A stretch of DNA of 64,000 nucleotides from Vairimorpha necatrix (Eukaryota): contig CP142727.1 of NCBI GenBank assembly GCA_036630325.1, positions 310,001 through 374,000 on the forward strand. Reading direction: 5' to 3'. The position numbers and the translations under genes are program-made. The notes beneath the pieces are model-generated. The model ran no database searches. It saw nothing but the letters and a program-made list of their open reading frames with translations, and was not told the DNA's origin. Below are positions 1 to 10,950 of this stretch, piece after piece (within the stretch, counting starts at the first letter, position 1; each line of letters begins with the position of its first letter).

Positions 1-157
1 AATTCCAAAATATTTCCCTCCAACATTTATTAAATTAAGAGAGGGGGACGAAATGATGGAAAGGAAGAATAACTACCAAATTATAAATCTTCTAAAAACT
101 TTCCTCATTTATGAATAATTTATGAATAATTTGATCATTATTTATGAGGGATGATCT

Positions 158-456
158 TGTATTTGGGCCTAGTCTGAGGATAATATAATTTATTTAATCA
201 AAATCTTACTAGTTACTTTTTACAAGATACACTCACAAGATCTTTTATTAGTTCCTCCTTAAATCCAATATTAAGTTCTCGTTTAACTCTGTCTACTCAG
301 TATCAAGTCCATGTCTGATTGACATATTAAGTCTTTTTAAGGACTCTTGCTTCTTTTCTAATTGGATCTCTTTGATATGCGTACGGTGTAAATTAGTTAC
401 ATTTCCATCCCAAGTCATCACATAAGGAAGATTTTTAATTTGTGAGAGAAGCCACA
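158..456 (-). mobile_element. Degenerate solo-LTR-like dispersed repeat
   Basis: Reverse complement aligns in blocks with 3351-3660 (caagagtccttaaaa, tcaatcagacatg, aggaggaac, cttgtaaaaagtaa, gcccaaata). Minus-strand ends TGTGG...TACA. No clean TSD. Confidence 0.45.
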
Positions 457-640
457 TATTTGCAAGCAAGTCGTATTTATCTTTATATTAGTCTATATCT
501 GTGTCTAACATAGACATGAGAAAGTGTCTAAATATTTAATATTTAGACAATTAATATTTAGTTTATATTTAGATAATATTTGTTAGTTTATATTTGTTAG
601 TTTATATTTGTTAATTAATTTATAAGCCTGCCCTTCTTTT

Positions 641-883
641 ATGAAGTCTAAATATTTAAATTATCTCTCTGTCTTTCTTACTTCTCTCTTCACTTTCCTC
701 TCCATCTTCTACTGTCACTCTGAGATCAGTCCACAGTACAAAGTCCTCTTTGTACTTCTCATTTCTTCTCTAGTCTTCTTTAGCACTAGAATTAGTGTCT
801 ATAAATCTTTTATCTTACAAGTGGGTATATTTACTGGTCTAGTTTTGTGTACTAAACATGAAGCATATAAAGAAGAACAATAA
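641..883 (+). CDS. Small hypothetical membrane protein (80 aa)
   Basis: CCC motif upstream (gcccttcttttATG); two to three hydrophobic segments. Confidence 0.5.
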   Translation: MKSKYLNYLSVFLTSLFTFLSIFYCHSEISPQYKVLFVLLISSLVFFSTRISVYKSFILQVGIFTGLVLCTKHEAYKEEQ

Positions 884-991
884 ACTTTAAAAATACACAA
901 TAGTAAATTCAATATGAAAACTAACACTATTATTATATTTTTTAATATTAGACATTTTAAGATTTTATTTTTTTGGCCCATTTTTTTATAA

Positions 992-1693
992 ATGAAAATT
1001 CTTATTGAAGAATCAAATGACCAATTCATCAAGTTCATTTTACAAGACACTTTCATTTCTTACGCTAACGCTCTCAGGCGCATTTTAATCTCTGAAGTCC
1101 CAACTGTAGCCATAGACTTAGTAGAAATAGAAATCAACAACACATCTCTCCCAGACGAGGTCATAAGCCACAGACTAGGCTTAATTCCTCTTTATCTCAA
1201 GAAAGATCTTCTCTACAAATCAGAATGTACTTGTCTAAACTCATGTGATAACTGTAGTATCAATATATCCCTAAATATATCAAACAACACTGACACTCCT
1301 ATTGTAGTAACTTGTAAAGATTTGAAGAGTTCTGATCCTGTTTCTATAAAACCCCAACCTGTTATTTGTAAATTAGGCACACGACAAAATATAAAAGTAA
1401 ATTGTAAAGCATTTAAAGGTCAAGGAAAAACTCATTCTAAATGGAGTCCCGTGTCAGTAATAAGTTATGAATATGATAGTGGGAATAGAAGTAGAAGTAC
1501 AATGTATTGGAGAGAGAAAGATTATGATAATGAAGAAAAAGAAGAAGATGCTAATTTAATAGACGAGATAAATGAAGTAAAAATGTGTGTGGAAGTGGTA
1601 GAAGGATTTGGGAGGCCGATAGAAATATTGAGAAAAGGATTGGAGATAATGAAGAAGAAATTTGAGACATTAAGAGGAGATTTAATAAATTAA
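992..1693 (+). CDS. RPB3: DNA-directed RNA polymerase II subunit RPB3
   Basis: ANALRRILISEVPTVAID, DEVISHRLGLIPL, Zn loop C-x-C-x3-C-x2-C, GKTHSKWSP. Confidence 0.9.
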   Translation: MKILIEESNDQFIKFILQDTFISYANALRRILISEVPTVAIDLVEIEINNTSLPDEVISHRLGLIPLYLKKDLLYKSECTCLNSCDNCSINISLNISNNTDTPIVVTCKDLKSSDPVSIKPQPVICKLGTRQNIKVNCKAFKGQGKTHSKWSPVSVISYEYDSGNRSRSTMYWREKDYDNEEKEEDANLIDEINEVKMCVEVVEGFGRPIEILRKGLEIMKKKFETLRGDLIN

Positions 1694-1744
1694 AAAAAAA
1701 GTATAATTAATTAAAAAAATTTATCATTTAATTTATAAAACATT

Positions 1745-4230
1745 AAGTAAAATTATGACGAGCGGAAAAATTTATGAAAAATATATAAAAAACAATTAAA
1801 AACTTAGCTGATATCGTAAAAACATTTAGGCCAAATTATTGACGAACGGAAAAATACTTTTTAAAACAGGCTTGACGACATAAAAATTTTTAAAAAAGAT
1901 TAATACAAAAAACAAACATTGTAAGGCACTTATTTTTATTGATAAAGTTGATTATATAAAAAATTTATCTAAGCTACCTTAATAGAACAAAAAAGATGAG
2001 TAAAACCTTACTGTTTTAAAATCAAATAGACTTGACGACATAAAAATTTTAAAAAAGATTAATACAAAAAACAAACATTGTAACTCAATTATTTTGATTG
2101 ATGAGGGAGATTTAGTAAAAAATTTTTATATTAGCTCTAGTACAAAAATAAAACAACAAGTATAAATAAGATAGACATAAACAAGCTCGACGATATATAA
2201 AAAAAACTTATTATGACAAACATATATTGTAAAACACAAAATTATAATTAATACAAAAGGTTGAAAAAGATTTTCATAAAGCTACATTAATAAAACATGC
2301 TAAAACGAGAAAGTAAAACAGTAAGCAAAAATTATGACTAGCTTAAAAAAAAAACTTTGCTGTAACAAATAAATTCGCTGGACGATATAAAAAAAGAAAA
2401 TAGTTTATTATGACAAACATATATTGTATTAAAAGGCAAATTAGGATTTTTTAAATAAAAATAATGTCACCATATAATTTAAATAAACATGTTTTAAATA
2501 AACATGATAAAATTATTTAGAACAGTAGCAAAATTTAGAACGAGCCGAAACAAAGTAACTTTACTTTAAAAAAAACTTATATTGTAAAATTAAAATTAAT
2601 AAGTGAAATTTAATAAAAGAAAAATTTTTAATTTAAAGATGCTTTCAGGTATATTTTCTTATTACATGTTGCAAAGATAACGATAAAAGTATATGAAAAA
2701 GCAAAATATGAAAGGCTGAAAAAATCAAGGCAAAACTTTATCTTATATTACATAAATTTAATAGACTTGACGATGTCATAAAGAAAAAGTTAAATATTGA
2801 AAACAAATATTAAAGACAACTTTTTCAGAGTAAGGTAGATTTAAAAATAATCAAACGTTTTATATTAGCTACCAGTACAATAAAAAAACATCTCTTAGAC
2901 TTTTATTGTATATGAAAAAAATAAGACAAAATATATGATGAGCGGGAAAAAAATTACTGTGAAAACAAATAGGCTTGGCAATATAAAAAAGACTTTATTA
3001 CAAAAATATATTCTAATCATATATATAAAAGAATTTATTTTATTTAGTGTGAATGTCACTATTTATATTAAAGAAATATGTTTTGGACAAAAATGACCAA
3101 GTATAATAAATATAGTAAGCAAAAATTAAGACGATTGAAAAAAAAAATAAAGACAAAAATTATGAAAAATACAAAATGTAAACATTTAATGTAATGGATA
3201 AGATCAATTCAATAAAAAATTATAAAATCTACTATTACTTTAAAAAAACATAATAAGTCTGAGCTGATTTTGAATATTAAAAACAAAAACAAAAAAAAAC
3301 TTTGAGTTGAAAAAATAAACGGGCTTGACGATATAAAAAAGATAGTTTATCGTGGGAGAGACGCCTAAGGTACGAATAGGGACACGTAGAAAAAATAATA
3401 AAACAATTTTAAATCTTTACACATAATATACTAATAAGTTGCTAGATGCTAAAAATATAGCATATATAAGACAAGAGTCCTTAAAATGACTTTAGAAAGC
3501 CCAACTATATCAATCAGACATGAGCTTGTTTCTGATCAGGCAGAGGCATTCGAGGATCCAATATGTGAATTTCAGGAGGAACTCTGGGATGGTCAGAAAA
3601 ATTCTGAGTATACTTGTAAAAAGTAATTAGTAAGTAAGATGAATATTATGCCCAAATAAATTATTTATTTTTTACTAAAAATACATATGTTTAGACAATT
3701 ACAATAATGAAATCCTGTACATAAAAACATATTTCTAAAAATACATGATCATTTAACGTGCCAAAAAATTAAAAAGAAGAATTACAGTGAAATTTTATCG
3801 GAAATCTAAACACGCAAACAGATACAAAATAAACAAAAGAATGCAATCAATAAAAAACTTATTTTTTTTAGTGCAGAAATATATTTTAAAAGGACTTATT
3901 GCAAAAAGGCTAATCATGTGGCTACCTCAAAAAAAGACGAAATGAAGCTTGCAGAGCTTTAATCTGCAAATCTAAAAAAGACAGAAATTGTAAAAAAAAA
4001 GACGACGGCACAAAACTGCCTACACAATTAAAAGCTTACTAGATATATGATATTTTATATGAGAAAGAACATTTATAAAACATATGATTATGAAATAATA
4101 ATATAATATAATCTGAGTAAAAAGATATGATATAGTGTAAGACAAGTATTATTTAACGTATAAGACGAAATAAGCCAAAAACTAGCCAATATTTAGAAAT
4201 GAAAAAAAATTTACGATTTAAAAAAACTTC
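1745..4230. repeat. Degenerate A-rich tandem array, unit about 160-200 bp
   Basis: cttgacgacataaaaa-like motif recurs near 1871, 2031, 2186, 2378, 2766, 2974, 3324, with aaattatgacgagc-like and agctac-like motifs in constant order; strong A skew; no ORF. Confidence 0.65.
3351..3660 (+). mobile_element. Degenerate solo-LTR-like dispersed repeat inserted in the A-rich array
   Basis: Homologous (inverted) to 158-456; higher GC than flanks; interrupts an array unit after tagtttat. Confidence 0.45.
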
Positions 4231-4434
4231 ACTACTTTGCCCATTAAGTAGGTTTACGTTCTAATATGCGGCCTAAATGTGGATTATATCTAGATCTAGA
4301 TTATATAATATTTCAAAGTTGCATATTTAAATTTTCTATAAATTATACCATATTCTTAGAAAATTAAGACCTTTTCTCATAAATCTTATATTAGAAATTT
4401 TAACTATCTTTAGTTAGATGGTCAATAAAATTGA

Positions 4435-5447
4435 GGCTAAAGTTAGTTTTAGGACGCAAATTTCGATATAGGGTTTATTGTTTTTTTGCCCCTTTTTTTA
4501 AAAATGGAAGAAAGAAAATGTGGAGGAAGAATTAGAAATAGTGTTTAAAATCTAATTACTAAAAGACAAAATCAGATTTGCAGTGTGTGTGATTATAGAA
4601 TAAGATTCACGAGAAAATAGAGTTGTGTTTTAATTTGTACCTCGAAAGATTGTAAGAAGCAAACATCGATATGGACGAATACTTTCTTTGAAAACTCCAA
4701 ACTCGATCATATCACAATTTTGCAGGTACTAAATTTGTGAATTTTTGGCTATTCTCGTAAATTTATTTGCCAAATTCTCTGTTGTTCAAAACCTCCGATA
4801 TCTTTTTTACTTAAAAATTAAAGAAATTAAACCTCTATGATAAATATTTATCATCTTTAAACAAGATGGGAGGAGAAGATGTCATTGTTGAAATTGATGA
4901 AACTAAAATCGGAAAAAATAAATATAACAGAGGAAAATTAGCGAAGGGGGTTTGGTGTTTCGGCATGAACGAACGTACTATCGAACGTAAGATTGTGGTT
5001 CTATATATTAAGAAAAGAGATAAAAAACTCTTATAGATCTCTTATTGAAATTCGTTGATACAAAAAGCACTATACATAGTGATATGTGGAGGGCTTATCA
5101 TTCTTTGGGCACCTTATTTAAAAAAACATTATATGGTAAACCATTCATTAAACTTTCGAGTTCCAAATACTGGAGTACTCACCAATACCATTGAAGGTAA
5201 TTGGCGTTCGCTCAAAAATTCTTCTTTAACAGAAATAGGTCCAAAACCAGCGCCAAACTTTATTTACTTAGGTATATGCTCTAGAGAAATTCCTCATATT
5301 CTGTTTTCGATGCATTATTAAATGTATTGTTCTAATTTTAATTTTTGTTCCTTCCTCCACATTTTCTTTCTTCCATTTTTAAAAAAAGGGGCAAAAAAAA
5401 CAAAAAAACCCTATATCGAAATTTGCGTCCTAAAGCTAACTTTAGCC
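4435..5447 (+). mobile_element. Merlin (ISXO2/IS1595-like) DNA transposon, defective
   Basis: About 90-95 bp TIRs starting GGCTAAAGTTAG; perfect 8-bp TSD AAAATTGA (4427-4434, 5448-5455). Confidence 0.92.
4504..5335 (+). pseudogene. Merlin DDE transposase pseudogene (frameshifts and stops)
   Basis: Motifs across frames: IVEIDETKIGKNKYNRG, GVWCFG, HSDMWRAY, VNHSLNF, TNTIEGNWR. Confidence 0.85.
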
Positions 5448-5738
5448 AAAATTGATGCTTGAATATTTGAAACTAGCGACAACCCGAATTAAAATATATT
5501 AAATGCTAAAATATGTGGTCCTTTGAAATTCCTTTTATATATACCCAAGTTTAAGATTTAAACAGCAGGAACAATGTTTTATCAATAATCCGGAATACTA
5601 AAAAATTAATAAAATTTTGATTTATCAAAGTTTATATAATTATTTTAAAACACTTAATAAGTGTTTTTCTTAAATTTTATTTATTCTACCATATAATTTT
5701 TTTTTTTCACTTTATACATTTCTGTTATGTATTATCTT

Positions 5739-5896
5739 TTGCAATATTGCAAACCTTTCTCCCTTTTACAAGGGACATTTGCAATATGTTAAAACTTTCT
5801 TTATTTTACAAGGGACATTTGCAATATGTTAAAACTTTCTCCCTTTTACAAGGGACAGTTGCAATATGTAAAAACCTTTCTTTATTTAACAAGGGA
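5739..5896. repeat. 4 x 40-bp tandem repeat abutting tRNA-Phe
   Basis: gcaata at 5741, 5781, 5821, 5861; unit ttgcaatatgttaaaactttct(ccct/ttat)tttacaagggaca. Confidence 0.92.
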
Positions 5897-5964
5897 GATT
5901 AGCTCAGTGGGAGAGCATTAGACTGAAGATCTAAGGGTCCCGGGTTCAATCCCCGGATCTCCCA
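5893..5964 (+). tRNA. tRNA-Phe (GAA)
   Basis: Acceptor GGGAGAT/ATCTCCC, D arm gctc/gagc, anticodon arm ttaga-ctGAAga-tctaa, T arm ccggg-ttcaatc-cccgg, downstream oligo-T. Confidence 0.96.
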
Positions 5965-6090
5965 TAAAATTATTTTTTTTTTGAAAATTTAAATTTGTTT
6001 TTTTAAATTACACTGTGCTGTTTTATGCTGCGTTATTTTACGCTTTTCTGATTTATGCTTCTTTGTCTTTTAAGTTTTTTTGCCCTTAAA

Positions 6091-6510
6091 ATGACTTCTT
6101 CAGAATCAGAAGGACAGTTCGAAGGCCTTATCAATGATCTCAAAGATAAAGTTATTTCCATGGAGATATTAGAAGGTTCAGATTCTTACTATAAACAAGA
6201 CACAGAAGGGGCTTCTAGTGACCAATATGATCTCATACGTAGTATCACTGAATCTGATACTCTTAAAATAGTCCAGAATATTAAGTATGATAATTTAAAG
6301 TACATGTTTCTTAAGAATATTGGAGATGAAGGGAAGCCGCCTGTTTATCTTTACATTTCTACAGATGTAGACCAGAATAACATGAAGAGAGGGATGTTTA
6401 TAACAGCCTTTTATTGTTATTCATTGGTGTTTACATTTGATTTTAAGAAGCTTAATAATACGACAGCCAAAATAATAAACATACTTGATCAATATCAAGC
6501 AGAAGAATAA
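6091..6510 (+). CDS. Hypothetical protein
   Basis: Open frame; start moved to the ATG after gcccttaaa. Confidence 0.7.
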   Translation: MTSSESEGQFEGLINDLKDKVISMEILEGSDSYYKQDTEGASSDQYDLIRSITESDTLKIVQNIKYDNLKYMFLKNIGDEGKPPVYLYISTDVDQNNMKRGMFITAFYCYSLVFTFDFKKLNNTTAKIINILDQYQAEE

Positions 6511-6672
6511 AATAATTTAAATTTATGCAAATATAAAATATATAAGTTTAAGTTTATGCAAATATAAAATATATAAGTTTATGCAAATATAAACATATTA
6601 TATTTATGCATATTTAAGTTTATTTTAAAATAAAGTTTATTTTAAAATATTATATTTTTAAATATTCCTTTT

Positions 6673-6960
6673 TTATTCAGATGCTGCAATTTGTAGCTCT
6701 TTGATCTTCTTTTGAGTTCTCTTATTTGATCCCAATCTTCTCTTAAGGAATATTGTCGCCCTGGCAATATCTTTCAATTTCAAAATACTAATAGCTTTAC
6801 TCTCATATGGTGCATATCCACTAATTTCCCTTACTAAACTTCTTGCAAATTTCTTCTCTTCTATTCTTTTACTATTCTTCTTATATTTTGGCATAATTTT
6901 CGGGATGTCGATTTTTGTCACTTGATGATGAACTTGTGTTTTTTTCAAGCCTCTTCTCAT
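6673..6960 (-). CDS. RPL36: 60S ribosomal protein L36 (eL36)
   Basis: GLKK...[32 protein letters not shown] motif upstream. Confidence 0.9.
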
Positions 6961-7139
6961 TTTTAAGGGGGTCAGAATTAAAATTTATAAAATTGTCATA
7001 TTTTGAATGGCGCATTTAAAAAAATTATAATGTCGCATCTAAATCTGTGTGTTTAAATCTAAATCTGAGTGTTTAAATTTCTGTGTTCTTCTTTTTAAAT
7101 CTGATTCTTCTTTCTAAATTAAGTATCCCTCTTTTCTGT

Positions 7140-7697
7140 ATGGACTCTGAAGACCAGTCAAGTTTAGACACAAATAAAAATAAACTTCCTCCCCAAGGAT
7201 ACACTTGTAAATGGGAAGGTTGCTCTGAACAGAATATTGATGACTTATTTACACATCTCAAAATATGTCATCTAAATCTCCAAACTGAGTACAAGTGCAT
7301 GTGGACAGGATGCCAGAAATATAACGAAGCAAATGTGTCTAAAGGTGGAGTTTATTCTCATTGCAGAACTCATATACCAAATTTAACAAAGAAAGAATCA
7401 ACAGAGAAAACATGGACATGTCAAATTTGTAAAATGGAATTTACAAGTATGAGCATTTATTACAGGCATAAAAAGAAACACAGCATTTTAGAGAAAAAAG
7501 AAGAAAATGATATCTTGAGAATTAGTGCCTTAAGTAGACTTTTAGAAGCGCATAAAAAAGATACAGAAGAATTAAGAAGAAATATTTATGAGAAGAATAT
7601 GAATATTAAATTTCTAAATGGGGAAATATTGGAAATAATAAAGAAATATGTCAAAGGGACGAATATTTATGATGGGAATAATACATGGGAACAATAA
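7140..7697 (+). CDS. C2H2 zinc-finger protein with C-terminal coiled coil
   Basis: CKWEGC...HLKICH, CMWTGC...HCRTH, CQIC...HKKKH; ATG after ccctcttttctgt. Confidence 0.85.
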   Translation: MDSEDQSSLDTNKNKLPPQGYTCKWEGCSEQNIDDLFTHLKICHLNLQTEYKCMWTGCQKYNEANVSKGGVYSHCRTHIPNLTKKESTEKTWTCQICKMEFTSMSIYYRHKKKHSILEKKEENDILRISALSRLLEAHKKDTEELRRNIYEKNMNIKFLNGEILEIIKKYVKGTNIYDGNNTWEQ

Positions 7698-7842
7698 ATG
7701 AAACATATTTATGCAAAAAAAAATATAATATAATTTATACATAAAAAATTATTTAATTTGTGCATATTAATATTTGATTTGTGCATATTAATATATAAAT
7801 TTTGCATATTAAAGTACTCCACATATAATTCTATATGCTCTT

Positions 7843-8943
7843 CTATAATTTATCTTGACAATATTTTATATACGCGGCCCATTCCTTAGGGGCTTCTTCA
7901 TCATAATGCGTATTTATTCCTTTTAACTTCTTCCTTATTATTCTTATATTATCTCTATTATGTAAAATATCATGAAACAGATCTTCTTGTGTCACTGTCT
8001 GATGGACTTGTCTACTGACTTGGTATCTCAAGACATTCCTCACTTTCTTCTTTATATCTTCATGTTTAATTAGTAACTCATTTGTAATATTAGAAATCTC
8101 TAAATCTACATTTAATATTTCATTATCTATCTCTTGTATTTCTCTATAAATATTTGACATCTTAATTAATAAAATAAACTCTGAATATAATTTAGTAATC
8201 TTTTCTGTGGCTTGAGATTCACTTCGTCTATTTTTCCGACTTGGTTTTAAAATTCTTCGTCTGAAACAGACGTAGGAAGGGCATTCTGCGCATTCATCTC
8301 TTAAAAGAAACTTGTATTTTATTGACTCATAAATATTTTTATAAATCTTATCATCTATTAAACTTATATTTGATTCTGAATTTACTACATTATTTGTAAT
8401 TAAATTGTATACATTATTTGGATCTATATTATTTATATCTGCATTTACTACGTTATCTAAATTTACTACTGCTTGATTGTTATCAATACTATTAAGTGTA
8501 TAATTTGTCTTTTGGATTTGTAATGGTCTTTGTTTATTTATAACCCTTTGATTATCATCAATCTCACTCTGTATAACTCTTATAATCTTCATATACTCAT
8601 TCTCATCTATTTGTAATCCTTTTATCAATTCATAATCTTCATCACTAAACCAATAACTAATATTCACATCTTTATGATACTTACAATATTTACTAGGTAC
8701 AATATTCCTTATACTTACATAATCATCTACTTCTAATATCACTGGTACAGGAATATCTCCTTTTTTATTTTCTATAACTTTTTTAAGATGAACTTCTTTT
8801 TCTTCTTCTGCTTCCATACCAGAATCAATAGGAGGAAGTGTAAATTCTTCAAGACATGAAGGATCAATATCCTTCATGTCTAGTACTTTGATCTTTTCAG
8901 TATTGTCGATTTTTAAACTTTTTTTTCTTTTTGGTGGAAGCAT
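7843..8943 (-). CDS. EPL1: Enhancer of polycomb-like NuA4 subunit
   Basis: SGMEAEEEKEVHL, IPVP, YVCFRRR..K..RK.RR motifs; start MLPPKRKK after CCC motif. Confidence 0.8.
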   Translation of the reverse strand: MLPPKRKKSLKIDNTEKIKVLDMKDIDPSCLEEFTLPPIDSGMEAEEEKEVHLKKVIENKKGDIPVPVILEVDDYVSIRNIVPSKYCKYHKDVNISYWFSDEDYELIKGLQIDENEYMKIIRVIQSEIDDNQRVINKQRPLQIQKTNYTLNSIDNNQAVVNLDNVVNADINNIDPNNVYNLITNNVVNSESNISLIDDKIYKNIYESIKYKFLLRDECAECPSYVCFRRRILKPSRKNRRSESQATEKITKLYSEFILLIKMSNIYREIQEIDNEILNVDLEISNITNELLIKHEDIKKKVRNVLRYQVSRQVHQTVTQEDLFHDILHNRDNIRIIRKKLKGINTHYDEEAPKEWAAYIKYCQDKL

Positions 8944-9305
8944 TAAAAATTTATGGATTGGGAAAAAAAATTTCTTTTTATGTTTTTTTTTGGGGAATTT
9001 GTTTGTTTTAAGAAACAAAGTCAGAAAAAAAGCATAAAAAAATCAAAAAGAAATTATAAAATTGTAAAAAAAATATTAAATGAAAAAAATAAGAAATTTC
9101 ATATCAATAGCATAGACAATAGATGAAAAAAAAAATTAAAAATTATACATGCACAGAAAAGATTGAAATATTTATAGCAAATAAATGATTCTAATTTAAT
9201 TATGGACAACAAAAGAATATGATCTATTCATGTTAAAAAAGATTAAAAATATTTAATGTAGAAAGATAATCAGAGCTAAAGTGCATGATAAAAGATCATG
9301 AATAT

Positions 9306-9360
9306 TGTTAAAGATAATTGTAAGTTAAGGGTTAAATTTATTAAATATATATTCTCAAAA
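9306..9360. repeat. Dispersed repeat (about 50 bp), copies at 56166 and 57124
   Basis: tgt..aagataattgtaagtt...aatatatattctca shared; all copies begin TGT. Confidence 0.7.
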
Positions 9361-9744
9361 ATGCCGAAAAAAGTTATGGGTGTGTTGGTTCTAACCCACC
9401 ACATAGAGACGGACTAGTTCTACTATAAGCAATTGTTTTCTTAAATTGTGGCATGAAAAATTAAGTTTCCATCTTAGTTAGTAATCAGCAGATTTGTTCT
9501 AACGATGTAAAGTTATATCTTTCAAAATGTCCATTTGGAATTACTGACTTCTCTTATGACATCCTAAAGCGGTGTCTCACCATGCATCTTGTCTATCAAG
9601 GAATAATATGATCAGGACAGTTCTCAGATTATAAATATAGACATTTATTGCACATAGTGAGATTCTTAGTTTCTAGATTCATAAAATATTCAGATATTTT
9701 ATAACTTCTTCATAGACAAATATTAAGGCGATCTTATATTTCAG

Positions 9745-10470
9745 TCATGACTGCTTAATAAATGTCTCCGCTAGAAATCTGAGTTGTTTTTCTGAGTACA
9801 CTAGTCCGTTTCTCTGTGCCCTCAGTTCTATAAATATCTCTATAAATTCCTCTACACTGTACATTTCCCCGTGTAAAATGTCGTACATTATAAAGAAGCC
9901 CGTCCTCCCCACTCCCGCTAGACAGTGCACAAGTGGCCGTGTTTTATTCAGATTTTTATAATATTCGTAGAATATTATGAATTCCTTTTCGTCTGGTATG
10001 TCATGATCTCTCCAGTTCTCATATCTCAAGATTCTACAGTCTTCATATTCCTCGTCGTAGAATATTATTTCTTCTTCTTTTTTGTATGGTGTGCTCTTTT
10101 TAGGACATTTATGATAATTTATATCTTTTATACAGGAGATTACAATATCAGAATATTTTATCAGATCTCTAAATCCTTGTATGTTTCCTTCTTTTGGTTT
10201 GGAAGCTGCGAAATATTTTCTAGGCAATTTATTATTTATACTTATAGATATTTCAGAGTAATTTACATATCCACGGACTAAGATCTCCTTGTTTTTGATA
10301 TATTCTGTTTTGTATGGAGTGAAGATTGTTCTATCACATTTATTTGGGGGCTTACAGAATGGCAAGCATATTCTTGTCATTTTGTCGAGTAATTTCTTGT
10401 AGTCTTTCTTTCTTAGTAAGTTTAAGAACTTATCCTTATTTTTTAGTAGTTCGATTTTTACTAAATTCAT
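9745..10470 (-). CDS. Protein tyrosine phosphatase (classical PTP fold, divergent)
   Basis: VHCLAGVGRTG P-loop, YENWRDHDIP (WPD-loop equivalent), LRAQRNGLV...Q; CCCC upstream. Confidence 0.88.
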   Translation of the reverse strand: MNLVKIELLKNKDKFLNLLRKKDYKKLLDKMTRICLPFCKPPNKCDRTIFTPYKTEYIKNKEILVRGYVNYSEISISINNKLPRKYFAASKPKEGNIQGFRDLIKYSDIVISCIKDINYHKCPKKSTPYKKEEEIIFYDEEYEDCRILRYENWRDHDIPDEKEFIIFYEYYKNLNKTRPLVHCLAGVGRTGFFIMYDILHGEMYSVEEFIEIFIELRAQRNGLVYSEKQLRFLAETFIKQS

Positions 10471-10744
10471 CTAAGGGGCGAATATATAGAGAAGAAAAGC
10501 ATGTGAATGAATATGGTAGATTTTACATTAATGAAGTATCTTATACGGGGCATGAAAATATCTGCAATTATAGGCAGAATTTAACAAGGCGCTTACAACC
10601 AGAAGATTCATGTGAAAACATAAAGACAGACTACAGAGATAATAAGCACGATAATACCACAGTATATAAAAACAGTGTAAATTCCCATTTAGGACAAGAA
10701 CATTGAAGAAATGACGTAAATGAATTTGCTCAATGTACCTTATA

Positions 10745-10950
10745 CTTCTAGTTTAACAATAATAGGTTCCGCGTTGGCGTCTCCTGCTTGTAGGAACCTT
10801 CTAGTCCTTTTCACATCTTCTTCGGTAGTCCAGAGAATTGCTCTCTGGCGTGACCATCTGGTTGTACGCTCTTAACAAGTCTTATGGTATTGATTTGTGA
10901 AACTTATTCACTATACCGTCTCAAGTAATTACGTAAGGAATAATTAACTC
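10745..10950 (-). mobile_element. 3' fragment of RLE-type non-LTR retrotransposon
   Basis: Aligns with 54640-54870 (gttggcgtc..ctgcttgtag, ccagagaattgct, gatttgtgaaa, cactataccg). Confidence 0.7.

Noticed and set aside
5739-5896. CRISPR-like array
   Set aside because: Contiguous tandem units with no unique spacers, no cas genes, eukaryotic context
9376-9405. tRNA gene
   Set aside because: Only a T-loop-like ggttctaaccc; no cloverleaf
10326-10706. 126-aa plus-strand ORF
   Set aside because: Non-ATG start, overlaps the PTP 5' end in antisense, no motifs
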